Shown: positions 25,666-35,979, counted from the stretch's first letter. The stretch is DNA of 55,471 bases from an uncultured Alphaproteobacteria bacterium (GCA_944391725.1 CALXUQ010000003.1:1-55471), one strand, 5' to 3'. A program made the numbers and translations. Notes: generated by a model from the sequence alone, not told the origin.

Positions 25666-26831
25666 TTATTCTCACTTGGAACATAAATCTTGCTGTTTTC
25701 GGGAATGGGAGCGCCAATGCCTTTTTCTAAAGCATCAACCGGAACAAAACCCATGTCGCCGTTATCAAGCATAACCCGATACCACTTGCTATCCGGAGTT
25801 ACCCCGCTAATGCGAACGGTATGATTTTCAGGAAGTTCAAACATCACATCAAACTGCTCTGAGGGGCCATACATGACCTTGGCCTCGCCTTTGAAGTGAT
25901 ATAGCTTGCTGGTATCATTGATATCTACCGGAATATTGAGCACTTTAGATACCACAATGTCGTCAAAGGTTTGTTCGCCGTTACTAAACTTCACGCGTTG
26001 GAAATAGGTTATCTCATCTTTTTTAGCAAAGAGTTTCATCAGCTCGGCATCGCTAATGACGCTTGATGTGAGTGGAAACAGCGCTACCACAAACAACATT
26101 ATCGGCATCACTAATTGCAACATTTTTAACTTGGCGTAATTCCAATGCGGCAGGCGCGCTTTATCGGTGCGAACTCCGGTCAGTCGGATAAACTTTTCCA
26201 ACAAATCCTTTTGCTTATCATCGGCATATTCTTTGGCTTGCAATGCCGAGAGCATGGCCTTTTCCATTTTATTTTCTTGATAATAGGCTACGGCATTGTG
26301 AATGAGCAAGGTCAAATTTTGCGACCGATTGTGGTTAATGGCACTGTAATTATGCGCAATAGCCTGCACATTTTTAAACAGAGCCGGAATGCCCCACCAG
26401 CCCAAAAGCCAGTTGCTGACCGAGGTTTTTAATACCACGGCCGGAGCCTCCAATGCATTGCAGATTTCATCGTCATTGCGCACTGAAGTGGACACGATTT
26501 TGCCCCAAACCTTTTGCAAAGAGAAAGTACGGATAAACGGATTTTCAATTCCGGCTCTATCTTTATAAATCTTTAAGCCGGACATATCGGGAAAATTTTT
26601 GCTGACATAGGCTTGGCTCAACAAATCGTATATCAGGCGGCTTTTCTCATCTTTTAATACATCATAGGCAACGGAGAGGTGTTGGAACTTATCGGTTGCT
26701 TCCTCACTGGTATTACGGTCGGGGTGCCAGAGCTTGGCGCGCTCGCGGTAGTTAGCTTTTATCTCAGCTTCGCTCGCGGCGGGAGTGAGGTCTAATATCT
26801 GATAATATCCTAAAGGGTCACGCATACTCAT
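25662..26831 (-). CDS. J-domain protein with TPR-like helix, TM segment and C-terminal SH3b-like domain
   Basis: YYQIL...WHPDRN...AYDVLKD J-domain; GWWGIP motif; hydrophobic LVMPIMLFVVALFPL; YGPS...WYRV....GDMGFV SH3b pattern. Confidence 0.85.
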   Translation of the reverse strand: MSMRDPLGYYQILDLTPAASEAEIKANYRERAKLWHPDRNTSEEATDKFQHLSVAYDVLKDEKSRLIYDLLSQAYVSKNFPDMSGLKIYKDRAGIENPFIRTFSLQKVWGKIVSTSVRNDDEICNALEAPAVVLKTSVSNWLLGWWGIPALFKNVQAIAHNYSAINHNRSQNLTLLIHNAVAYYQENKMEKAMLSALQAKEYADDKQKDLLEKFIRLTGVRTDKARLPHWNYAKLKMLQLVMPIMLFVVALFPLTSSVISDAELMKLFAKKDEITYFQRVKFSNGEQTFDDIVVSKVLNIPVDINDTSKLYHFKGEAKVMYGPSEQFDVMFELPENHTVRISGVTPDSKWYRVMLDNGDMGFVPVDALEKGIGAPIPENSKIYVPSENN

Positions 26832-28513
26832 ATGTATATTCCATCCTGCAAAAGTGGGGGTTCGGGTTCATCATCACACAGCTTGATAAACTTTTCTTTA
26901 ATATTAATCCGAATATTGCCGGCATAGTCAACCTCGGAAAGTGATTTCCTAAACAAATTCATAATTTCGGTGCAAAAGTCGGTATCAATTTCTTTTTCGG
27001 TGCGGATAATGAGGTCAAAACGCCGTTCATGCGGCAGAGAAAAACCATCAAACTGGAAACCGCCTAAAACCGTGAAGGAAGTATCGACTACAAAACGAGC
27101 CGCGCCTTTGCCTTTGGGGCTGGACTGTTGGTGGCGACCGTCTTTGCCAAACCTTCTCACCGCAACCTGAATTCGGCTCAAGTTTTCGGCACCATAAAAC
27201 GGAATTTCAATAATCCGCCACTGGGTATTATCTTCGCGGCGGCCGATAATTATATCTTCTAGCCGCGCTAAGGCCTTTTGTCCCTCGGGGCCGGAAAGGC
27301 GCAAGCTATCGACCACATCTTGTCCCAGCCAACTCTCAATTTTTCCCTCACCGGCGGCTTTGAGAAAAGTCATAATATTAGATAACATTTTGGAGTTGTG
27401 AGCCGGAATTTTCTCAATTATGGCATTGTAAATCTTTGGCGCCACCTGTGTTTGGAGCGGGGATAAAATTTCGCTTAGTTTACTCCCTAAGGGCTGGGCT
27501 GTTACTCCCGCTGATTTTTGGTTTATTTTAGGTTCGCGTTCCAGCCCCAGCAATTCGGAAAAACGCAGGCTAAATTTTTCACCAACGGCGATTTTGAGCG
27601 GGACTTCGGGAAGAATCTCGCCTAAGGGCGTACGCAACACAACTTTATCCCCGCGCAAGGCGGTTTCAGCCGTAAGCTCACGGCCGGCGGGAACATTTTC
27701 AAAAAAGTTTTTAATGGTCTCAATTATCTTTTCGGGCAAGCCTTGAGATAGTTTTGCCTCGGCACCGCTGGGCGGGGTGGAATATACAGCCGAATTGTTC
27801 TGAGGCAAAGATGTTTCCAGCAAAGGTTTGAGCGTGGCGGCCAAATTGCGGATAACTTCCGGTAGGCTTTGAGCCATGGTAGTCGGTTGCGGCGAAACCG
27901 GAGTATTTGATTGCGACGCTGTTTCGACAATTTCGGGTTTGAGCGACAAATTTTCAATCAAATTGGATAATTGGCGGATTTCGGCGTTCCCTACTCCCAT
28001 AGCCGATAATTCACGTGCCAAAAGCGGTTGCAAGCGCAGCGGAACCAAAGCGACATCTTGCAAATTGCCAATGGTTTTAACCACCGCAACGGTTGGCGAT
28101 GATATCGGCATGTTGGTTTTGGAAGGGGTGGCAGATAGAAAATTTTCAATCTTTTGACCATCAACACTTATCAATCGGACATCAATCCGCTGGGGAGTTT
28201 TCGCCACTACTCGTGCCTGGATTTGGCTGGCTTGTTCGGGAAGTTGAACTTGCGGCGGCAAGTCCATTGTAACGGTAGTATTTGCGTTTCCGGCGTTCTC
28301 CCCGCGACCTAGCCCTAAATCAATACTGACCAGCAACTTGCCGGTTAAGGTTTGCAAAGTTTGCGGCTTAATCTGCAGGTTAATCTGTTGGCCCAAATTC
28401 AGGTTTCCCATGCCGCCTTCGGGAGTTTCAATCCCTGCGGTCACCCCGGAGCCGGTACTGCCGCCTTCGGGAAGAGTCACATTTAGCGGCGGAACCAGAT
28501 TAGTCATGGGCAA
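26828..28513 (-). CDS. Hypothetical protein with P/Q/T-rich N-terminus and FliK-like C-terminal domain
   Basis: C-terminal WRIIEIPF...RFVVDTSFTVLGGFQFDG...RFDLIIRT pattern reminiscent of the FliK switch domain; overlaps both neighbours. Confidence 0.6.
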   Translation of the reverse strand: MPMTNLVPPLNVTLPEGGSTGSGVTAGIETPEGGMGNLNLGQQINLQIKPQTLQTLTGKLLVSIDLGLGRGENAGNANTTVTMDLPPQVQLPEQASQIQARVVAKTPQRIDVRLISVDGQKIENFLSATPSKTNMPISSPTVAVVKTIGNLQDVALVPLRLQPLLARELSAMGVGNAEIRQLSNLIENLSLKPEIVETASQSNTPVSPQPTTMAQSLPEVIRNLAATLKPLLETSLPQNNSAVYSTPPSGAEAKLSQGLPEKIIETIKNFFENVPAGRELTAETALRGDKVVLRTPLGEILPEVPLKIAVGEKFSLRFSELLGLEREPKINQKSAGVTAQPLGSKLSEILSPLQTQVAPKIYNAIIEKIPAHNSKMLSNIMTFLKAAGEGKIESWLGQDVVDSLRLSGPEGQKALARLEDIIIGRREDNTQWRIIEIPFYGAENLSRIQVAVRRFGKDGRHQQSSPKGKGAARFVVDTSFTVLGGFQFDGFSLPHERRFDLIIRTEKEIDTDFCTEIMNLFRKSLSEVDYAGNIRINIKEKFIKLCDDEPEPPLLQDGIYI

Positions 28514-29312
28514 CTAGCCTCTTGGCGATGGCATAGACATCTTCAGCCGCTTCGGATGTGGGGTAGCGATTAAAAATCGTACTTTGGTTGCGAATGGCGT
28601 CGCGGACGCGGGTATCTCGACGGACAATTCCTAACAGCGGCGGATTTATTTTTAAGAAATTGGTACAAGCTTTGAGCAATGTATCATAAGTGCGCTGGCC
28701 TTCACGCAAAGAATTGGCCTGATTGACCACAATACTAATATCGCATTTAGTATATTGCATGGTCATTATCTTGATAAAAGCATAGGCATCGGTCAAAGAA
28801 GTTGGTTCATCGGTACAAACTACAATTATCTTTTCGGCTAAGCCGGACAAAATCCTCACCGGTTTTTCAACTCCGGCGCCCATATCCAAAATCACCTTAT
28901 CGTAAGAAGAGGCCAATACATTCAAGTCCTCTCCCAATATCTGCAATCTGCCGACCGGAAGAGAGGCCAAACCTGCAGAGCCCGAACGACCGGCAATGAC
29001 ATCAAAGTGGCCCTTATCATAATGATGTACAACCTGATTTAAGGTAAGGCTCCCCGAGACAACGCTCCCGATATCATATTTTGCCATTAACCCTAACTGA
29101 ATGTCAACATTAGCCAAACCCAAGTCACCATCAAAAAGCAAGGTCTTTTGTTTTAAGATACTTAGCGAGTGCGCCAAGGTGATGGAAAACCAAGTTTTGC
29201 CAACACCGCCCTTACCCGAGGCAACCGCAATCAGGTTCTTGCCTTTTTTGGTGCTGCGGGGGGTGGTTCCTCGGGGCATTATCTTTAGTTCTTCGGGTTT
29301 GTTTTGTTCCAT
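28500..29312 (-). CDS. flhG: Flagellar number regulator, MinD-like ATPase FlhG/FleN
   Basis: ASGKGGVGKT, DGDLGLANVD, EPTSLTDAYAFIK. Confidence 0.93.
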   Translation of the reverse strand: MEQNKPEELKIMPRGTTPRSTKKGKNLIAVASGKGGVGKTWFSITLAHSLSILKQKTLLFDGDLGLANVDIQLGLMAKYDIGSVVSGSLTLNQVVHHYDKGHFDVIAGRSGSAGLASLPVGRLQILGEDLNVLASSYDKVILDMGAGVEKPVRILSGLAEKIIVVCTDEPTSLTDAYAFIKIMTMQYTKCDISIVVNQANSLREGQRTYDTLLKACTNFLKINPPLLGIVRRDTRVRDAIRNQSTIFNRYPTSEAAEDVYAIAKRLVAHD

Positions 29313-29339
29313 GGCATCCTCTTTTCACTTAAAAAAATT

Positions 29340-30296
29340 TTAAGCCAAAATCAGTTTACTTAATCCGGCAGGTGTTATCTCTGATAAACCTCCGGCAATG
29401 TTGGCACTCACACTGGCGGCACTAAAACTCAGTTCACAACAAGCGGCAACCGATAACAACGAGCCGATGCGGCGGGTTAAATCGAGCCTGGTTGGCAAAA
29501 GTTGCTTGGCCCCAAGTTCGGTAAAGACTTCGGCTATTTCTATAGCCTCATAGGTATTACTACCGGCGGACATAACCAAAATCTTATCGCCTTTAATCAC
29601 CTCCAGCCAGCGGCTGACTTTTTTGACCTCGTCTTCCAAAAACGGATTAATCCCCGGAGTGTCTATCAAGACCAAATCGTAATTTTTTTCAGCTTTTTGC
29701 AACAGCTCATACAAATTGCGTTCGCTCTGGCAGAAGAAAAAATCTTGCTCCAAAATCTTGGCAAAAGCTTCTAACTGCTTGTTGGCTCCGGCACGGACAT
29801 TATCGGTGGAAACAATGCAGCAAGAGAGCTTTTTCATCAGGGCTAAAGCCGCGGTTTTGGCAATGGCGGTGGACTTGCCGCTACCGGGGGCTCCCATAAA
29901 AACTTTGCAAGGGTTGATTTTATCTAAGATATCGCGATATGTATATAACTCCCCTAATGCCAACTCCAAGAGCCTACGGTCATCAAAAATTTGCCGCTCG
30001 GCACTCAACTTCCTAACCGCAGATAATATCCGCTGTTTGACCAAATCCAAGGTATCGTGATATTCTAAACTCTCACGCAGCAAGCGGTCGGTATAGCGCG
30101 AAGGATTGTCGCGCACTTCCAGTTCTTGTTGTTCGTTAAAGCTAATCTCTTGGGTTTCTTCAATAGCGGCAGTAACTCTGATTTGACCGTCGTCCAGTGT
30201 TTCGGTCGAAATAATGACGGCATTATCTCCCAAAGCCTCGCGGGCTAGGCTCATGGCCTCCAAACTTCCTGATGCAGTAAAGGTTTTGATTTTCAT
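29340..30296 (-). CDS. flhF: Flagellar SRP-family GTPase FlhF (short form)
   Basis: MKIKTFTA..EAM N-terminus, GAPGSGKST, RAGA..QL, DTPG, TRLD. Confidence 0.9.
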   Translation of the reverse strand: MKIKTFTASGSLEAMSLAREALGDNAVIISTETLDDGQIRVTAAIEETQEISFNEQQELEVRDNPSRYTDRLLRESLEYHDTLDLVKQRILSAVRKLSAERQIFDDRRLLELALGELYTYRDILDKINPCKVFMGAPGSGKSTAIAKTAALALMKKLSCCIVSTDNVRAGANKQLEAFAKILEQDFFFCQSERNLYELLQKAEKNYDLVLIDTPGINPFLEDEVKKVSRWLEVIKGDKILVMSAGSNTYEAIEIAEVFTELGAKQLLPTRLDLTRRIGSLLSVAACCELSFSAASVSANIAGGLSEITPAGLSKLILA

Positions 30297-30308
30297 TTGC
30301 CTTTACTC

Positions 30309-32435
30309 CTAAATTTGGCCAACCGTCTTGATTTTGGCTTTGGGGTGGATTTCATTTTGGGACATGACCACGGTCAGCGGGCGAAAACGCTCAATAATCG
30401 AACGGACAAACGGTCTAATCCCCGGGCTGGTCAGCAAAACTGCGGTTTCGCCTTTGGCGGCTAATTCTTCCAGCGAATTTCTGACCTTGGTGATAAACTG
30501 CTGCAAGGCACTCGGAGCCATGGCCAACTGGCGGTCATCGCCCTCCCCGACAATTGCTTCGGCAAAGGCATGCTCCCATTCGGGCGACAAGGTAATCAGC
30601 GGGATTACCCCAAACTCGTTGGCATTGGCATTAGACAGCTGGCGCGCCAAACGTGAACGGACATGCTCGGTTATCATCATCAGGCTGTGGGTTGAAGACA
30701 CGGCTTCGGAAATTCCTTCCAAAATGGTGGGCAAATCGCGAATCGAAACCCGCTCTTGCAACAAGTTTTGCAAAATACGTTGTACCGCGCCCAAGCTTAC
30801 TTTGCTTGGAATAAGCTCTTTAACCAGTTTTTGCTGCTCTTTATCCATTTCTTCAAGCAATTTCTGTGTCTCGGCATAAGATAAGAGCTCGGGCATATTA
30901 TCTTTGACCAACTCGGTGATATGTGTGGTCACCACGGTGGCCGGATCAACCACCGTATAGCCCCTAAACATGGCTTCTTCACGATAACTCTGGTCAATCC
31001 ACATGGCCTTGAGCCCGAAAGTAGGCTCATAGGTTTGTTCGCCCGGCAAGGTGATAGGCTCACCTCTTGGATCCATCACCAGCAGTTGGGTCGGGCGCAA
31101 TTCGCCCTTGCCGGCCTTAACTTCTTTAATGTATATATTATACTCATTGGCCTCTAACTGCATATTATCCTGAATGCGGATAGAGGGCATTACAAAGCCT
31201 AATTCTGAGGCCAAAGCTCGGCGCAAAGCTTTAATTTGGTCGGTCAATTTCTTATTAGCTTCTTCATTAATCAACGGCAGCAAACCATAGCCGATCTCCA
31301 AGCGAATCAAATCCATGCGCAAAGCATTGGCTATCGGCTCATCGGCGGCTTTGGTTACTTTGCCTTGTTTCTTTTCTTGCTCCATAACCTCTTGGGCACG
31401 CGCTTGGGCCGCTTTTTGCTGCTTGTCTAAATAATAGGCCGTGGCTCCGGTCAAGGAAGCCAACAAAATAAACGGAGCGGCCGGAGTTCCCGGTAACATT
31501 CCCAATGCCAAAGCCATAAAGGCACTCATACCCAAGGCTTTAGGATAGTTAGTGACCTGCTCAAACAAAACTTTGTCGGTAGAATCGGTCATGCCGGCTT
31601 TTGATACCAAGATACCGGCAGCAACAGAGATTATCAGCGCCGGAACCTGACTGACCAAGCCATCACCAACGGTCAGGCGAGTATAAGTTTCGGCCGCGGC
31701 AGAAAAGCTCATATCATTTTGGACCATACCAATGATAATACCGGCAAACACATTAATAAAGGTAATAATCAAGCCAGCAATGGCATCTCCGCGGACAAAC
31801 TTGGAGGCACCATCCATGGCTCCGTAAAATGAGCTTTCTTTGGACAAGTCTTCGCGGCGGGCTCGCGCCTCATCTTCGGTTATCAAACCGGATGACAAGT
31901 CGGCGTCAATCGCCATTTGCTTACCGGGCATGGCATCCAAAGCAAAACGAGCGGCAACTTCGGCAATACGCCCCGAACCTTTGGTAATGACCACAAAGTT
32001 CACCAAAACCAAAATGGCAAAGACAATCACACCAATAATAAAATTGTTACCCATGATGAAACCGCCAAATGCCTTAATGACTTCACCGGCGGCATCTGGG
32101 CCCATATAGCCATTGGCCAAAATCAGACGGGTGGAAGCTAAGTTCAGCGACAATCGGTACATGGTAGTGATGAGCAACACCAGCGGAAAAGCACTAAACT
32201 GATTGGGCTTTTCGATAAAAATGGCAGTCATTAAGACCAAGCAAGAAATGGTAATGGAAAAGGCCAAGGCAATATCAAGCAACCAGGCCGGCATCGGCAA
32301 AATCAGGATAACCAGCATGACCACAATTGACAAAGCAAAGAAAATATCGCCCCGCTTTGTGGAGGCAACTATCAAATCCTTAAACGAACGTCCGCCAAAT
32401 ACCGAACTGCTGACATTTTCTGCTTTTTTTGCCAT
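30309..32435 (-). CDS. flhA: Flagellar export gate protein FlhA
   Basis: RLSLNLASTRLIL, EVAARFALDAMPGKQMAIDADL, FYGAMDGASKFVRGDAIAG. Confidence 0.98.
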   Translation of the reverse strand: MAKKAENVSSSVFGGRSFKDLIVASTKRGDIFFALSIVVMLVILILPMPAWLLDIALAFSITISCLVLMTAIFIEKPNQFSAFPLVLLITTMYRLSLNLASTRLILANGYMGPDAAGEVIKAFGGFIMGNNFIIGVIVFAILVLVNFVVITKGSGRIAEVAARFALDAMPGKQMAIDADLSSGLITEDEARARREDLSKESSFYGAMDGASKFVRGDAIAGLIITFINVFAGIIIGMVQNDMSFSAAAETYTRLTVGDGLVSQVPALIISVAAGILVSKAGMTDSTDKVLFEQVTNYPKALGMSAFMALALGMLPGTPAAPFILLASLTGATAYYLDKQQKAAQARAQEVMEQEKKQGKVTKAADEPIANALRMDLIRLEIGYGLLPLINEEANKKLTDQIKALRRALASELGFVMPSIRIQDNMQLEANEYNIYIKEVKAGKGELRPTQLLVMDPRGEPITLPGEQTYEPTFGLKAMWIDQSYREEAMFRGYTVVDPATVVTTHITELVKDNMPELLSYAETQKLLEEMDKEQQKLVKELIPSKVSLGAVQRILQNLLQERVSIRDLPTILEGISEAVSSTHSLMMITEHVRSRLARQLSNANANEFGVIPLITLSPEWEHAFAEAIVGEGDDRQLAMAPSALQQFITKVRNSLEELAAKGETAVLLTSPGIRPFVRSIIERFRPLTVVMSQNEIHPKAKIKTVGQI

Positions 32436-32453
32436 GATTAGACTTTAGTTTTC

Positions 32454-33788
32454 CTATCCGTTAGAGGGCGGGACTTCATAGCCTTCGTCCTGATATTGTT
32501 TGAGTTTGTTGCGCAAGGTGCGAATCGATATCCCCAGCAAATTGGCCGCTTGGGTCCGATTGCCAAAGGTATGCTTTAAGGTATCAATTATCAAATTTCG
32601 TTCCATACCGGCCAAGGTTTGTCCGCCTCCGGCAACACTTGCGGAAGGGGCATTTTCTTCTGCGGCCGGTGTCGGATTTATTACGGCACTCGGGTCAGTC
32701 AAGATGATGGCTTCGGGTTCAATCTCTTCGGCATTAGACAGCAAAACCGCGCGGTGAATGGTGTTTTCCAGCTCACGGACATTGCCCGGCCACAAATAAT
32801 TGAGCAACATATCTCCTGAGGCCTTAGACAAGTCTTTCATCGGCAACCCATTAAGCTCGGAATATTTTTTGATGAAATGCTTGGCCAAAACCAAAATATC
32901 TTCCGGACGGTCTTTCAAATCGGGAATATTGATATTAACCACATTCAAGCGATAGTACAAGTCCTCACGAAAAGCACCGTCTTTTACTGCTTGGGCCAAA
33001 TTGCGGTTAGAAGTAGCAATAATCCGCACATCTACTTTTATCGGAGTTTTGCCGCCTATTCTATCAATCTCTTTTTCTTGAATGGCACGCAACAATTTAG
33101 CCTGAATCCGGATGTCCATTTCCGAAATTTCATCTAACAACAAGGTACCGCCCGAGGCTTCCTCAAACTTGCCGATGCGACGTGCCACCGCTCCGGTGAA
33201 AGCTCCTTTCTCATAGCCAAAGAGCTCAGATTCCAACAAAGTTTCGGGAATGGCCGCACAGTTAACCGCCACAAATTTTTTATTGGCTCTTTTGGAGTTG
33301 TCATGAATAAAACGAGAGAAAATTTCCTTACCGGTTCCAGATGAGCCGGTAAGTAAAACGCTGGCTTCCGATGGGGCTATTTGCTTGGCCATTTTCAAAA
33401 TAGCCTCGGTTTTCTTATCGCCATAAATCAGAGCATGGTTCTCACGAGTGGCGGCGGCTAAAACCGCACCAATCAGTTCGGGATCCGGGGGCAAAGGAAT
33501 ATATTCCTTGGCTCCGGCCTTAATGGCCTTAACGGCTAGGCTCGGGTCATTGGCCACGCCGCAGGCTACCACCAAAACATTTATCCGCTCGCTTTCCAAA
33601 GAACTGATAAACTTGTAGACATCGAGCTTGACATCTATCATCACCAACTCAATACTCTTGCCGGAACGAAGTATGTTTAAGGCAGCATCAATATCTTGTG
33701 CCAGCGACACCTGCCCTCCTTGCGAGATGGCAATTTTGCTGGCAGCCCCTATCTGCCCGTCTAAAGTTCCAACAATTAACAGCTCCAT
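32454..33788 (-). CDS. flbD: Sigma54-dependent flagellar activator FlbD
   Basis: Receiver domain, GSSGTGKE, GAFTGA, WPGNVRELEN, HTH GISIRTLRNKL; position between fliN and flhA. Confidence 0.93.
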   Translation of the reverse strand: MELLIVGTLDGQIGAASKIAISQGGQVSLAQDIDAALNILRSGKSIELVMIDVKLDVYKFISSLESERINVLVVACGVANDPSLAVKAIKAGAKEYIPLPPDPELIGAVLAAATRENHALIYGDKKTEAILKMAKQIAPSEASVLLTGSSGTGKEIFSRFIHDNSKRANKKFVAVNCAAIPETLLESELFGYEKGAFTGAVARRIGKFEEASGGTLLLDEISEMDIRIQAKLLRAIQEKEIDRIGGKTPIKVDVRIIATSNRNLAQAVKDGAFREDLYYRLNVVNINIPDLKDRPEDILVLAKHFIKKYSELNGLPMKDLSKASGDMLLNYLWPGNVRELENTIHRAVLLSNAEEIEPEAIILTDPSAVINPTPAAEENAPSASVAGGGQTLAGMERNLIIDTLKHTFGNRTQAANLLGISIRTLRNKLKQYQDEGYEVPPSNG

Positions 33789-33813
33789 GGCTTTTTACCC
33801 TGAATATCCTTTC

Positions 33814-34167
33814 TTATTTGGTTACAGATTTAACAATCTCAGTCATAGTTATGCCCAATTTATCATCAACCACCACAACCTCACCACGAGCAACCAAGTT
33901 GTTATTGACATATATATCTATTGCCTCGCCCACCTTGCGGTCCAGCTCGATAATTGCTCCTTTATTGAGTTTCATGAGTTGGCTGACCTTCATCTGGGTC
34001 TTGCCCAAGATGGCAGAGACCTTAACCGGAATATCGTATACGGCTTCCAAGTCGCTGGTGGAGCTTGGAATATCATAGTCGTCCATATTGTTATCGGATT
34101 TCAAGACCGGATCGTTGTTGACGATGCTGCTTTCATCCATTTCATCTAAGTGCAATTCGTTTGTCAT
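33814..34167 (-). CDS. fliN: Flagellar motor switch protein FliN
   Basis: DIPVKVSAILG, LDRKVGEAIDIYVNNNLVARGEVVVV. Confidence 0.95.
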   Translation of the reverse strand: MTNELHLDEMDESSIVNNDPVLKSDNNMDDYDIPSSTSDLEAVYDIPVKVSAILGKTQMKVSQLMKLNKGAIIELDRKVGEAIDIYVNNNLVARGEVVVVDDKLGITMTEIVKSVTK

Positions 34168-34217
34168 AATATTCCTCTCTTACCCCAAAAAACTCTCAAT
34201 TTGCTTTACATTACAGC

Positions 34218-34925
34218 TTAATTTTCAGCGGCAGTTTCTTCAAGCAAATTATTAACTTTTTCCAATAATTTATCACTACCGCTCTGAACTCCGCCGTTTT
34301 CCCACTCAACCCGGCAATCGGAAACGCCTAAGCTCGCATCCTTATGCAAGGCAATTTTGCCCTCAAAATCATTAATCCGCGCCAGATTGGCAATTTGAGC
34401 CTGCATTTTACCAATAATATCGGGATTGAAATAAAACGAAAGTTTGGCCTCAGATTTGAAATTGGCAAAATTTTCATTCAAAAATTGGGTCAGAATTTCT
34501 TCAGCGTGTTCCTGACTGATATGAGGCAGTAATTTTTTAATCACGGCCAGATTCAGCTCCATAAAATCTCGTTCCAATTCTTTTTGCAACTGCTCTTTTT
34601 GCGCTAATAAATCACTGATATGCTTATCTAACTCTAATAACAAACCGGTGGTTTGATTGTCGATTTCTTCGGTTTTGGCACGGTAGCCTTCTTCATATCC
34701 CAATTTCTGAGCTGCGGTCTTGGCAGCATTCATCTCTTCTTCCGAATAAGTCGGCGCGACAACTGCTTGCGGCTCGGGAACAGTTTCGACTACTTCCGGA
34801 GTGCTGACTGCAGTCTCAGTCGGTTCTTCCTCAGGGGTGGCGACCTCGGCGGTGGGAGTTGCTACCTCTGCGCGGTCGTCATCTAAAACAAAATTGTCAA
34901 ACTCATATTTTTTGTAGCCGCTCAT
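34218..34925 (-). CDS. fliH: Flagellar assembly protein FliH
   Basis: KKYEFD N-terminus, A...GYEEG.RA repeat, C-terminal DCRVEWENGG; position between fliG and fliN. Confidence 0.85.
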   Translation of the reverse strand: MSGYKKYEFDNFVLDDDRAEVATPTAEVATPEEEPTETAVSTPEVVETVPEPQAVVAPTYSEEEMNAAKTAAQKLGYEEGYRAKTEEIDNQTTGLLLELDKHISDLLAQKEQLQKELERDFMELNLAVIKKLLPHISQEHAEEILTQFLNENFANFKSEAKLSFYFNPDIIGKMQAQIANLARINDFEGKIALHKDASLGVSDCRVEWENGGVQSGSDKLLEKVNNLLEETAAEN

Positions 34926-34938
34926 TGTGCTCACCGGA

Positions 34939-35961
34939 CTAGTAAATCAACTCATCATTGTCCTTGCCCTCGCTAATAACAATCTCGCCGGAGTTGGACA
35001 ATTCTTTAGTCGTGGTAACAATATACTGCTGGGCTTCTTCAACATCGCGCAAACGCACCGGACCCATGGCTTCCATATCTTCGCGGATAATTTTGCCGGC
35101 ACGAGAAGACATATTGCTGAAAAACAGCTCTTTGATGGTGTCTGATGCACCTTTTAATGCAATGGCCAGCTTATCCTTATCAATGTTACGCAACAGAATT
35201 TGAATACCTTGGGCGTCGACACGAACCAAATCTTCAAACGTAAACATAAGAGATTTAACACGCTCGGCACTCTCGCGGTTGCGTTCTTCCAAAGCTTCCA
35301 TAAACCTTGTTTCGGTGTTGCGGTCCAAAGAGTTGAAAATATCGGCGATGAGCTCGTGCGAATCTCTTCTGGTGGATTTGGACAAGTTGCTCATAAACTC
35401 TTTTCTCAAGGTCTTTTCCAGACTGTCTAACACTTCTTTTTGAACGGCATCCATACGCAACATACGCATGATGATTTCCATAGCAAAGTTCTCAGGCAAA
35501 AGCGCAATAACCTTGGCGGCGTGCTCAGCCTTAATCTTGGATAAGATAACTGCAATGGTCTGCGGGTACTCGTTCTTCAAATAGTTGGCTAAAACGTGCT
35601 CGTTGACATTGCCTAACTTATCCCACATGGTGCGGCCGGCCGGACCGCTAATCTCATCCATAATGGCAGAAACACGGTCTTTATCCAAAGCTTTGGACAA
35701 CAAACGCTCGGTGGTTTCGTAAGTTCCTATCAGCGAACTGTTGCTGGATAGTCTATCCGTAAATTCTTGAAACAGTTGTTCAACAACTCCGGCATTGACC
35801 TTACCAAGACTAGCCATTATAACCGAAAGCTCTTTGATTTCTTCATCATCCATCAGCGAAAACAAGGCGGATGAGCGTTCCTCATCTAACGACAACATCA
35901 AGATTGCCGCTTTTTGCTGGCCGGAAATTAAATTATAATCATCTACTACGTTTTGTTTCAT
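34939..35961 (-). CDS. fliG: Flagellar motor switch protein FliG
   Basis: QKAAILML, EYPQTIA.ILS, MFTFEDL, MGPVRLRDVEEAQ. Confidence 0.97.
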   Translation of the reverse strand: MKQNVVDDYNLISGQQKAAILMLSLDEERSSALFSLMDDEEIKELSVIMASLGKVNAGVVEQLFQEFTDRLSSNSSLIGTYETTERLLSKALDKDRVSAIMDEISGPAGRTMWDKLGNVNEHVLANYLKNEYPQTIAVILSKIKAEHAAKVIALLPENFAMEIIMRMLRMDAVQKEVLDSLEKTLRKEFMSNLSKSTRRDSHELIADIFNSLDRNTETRFMEALEERNRESAERVKSLMFTFEDLVRVDAQGIQILLRNIDKDKLAIALKGASDTIKELFFSNMSSRAGKIIREDMEAMGPVRLRDVEEAQQYIVTTTKELSNSGEIVISEGKDNDELIY

Positions 35962-35979
35962 CTTTTATTTCCTAACCTC

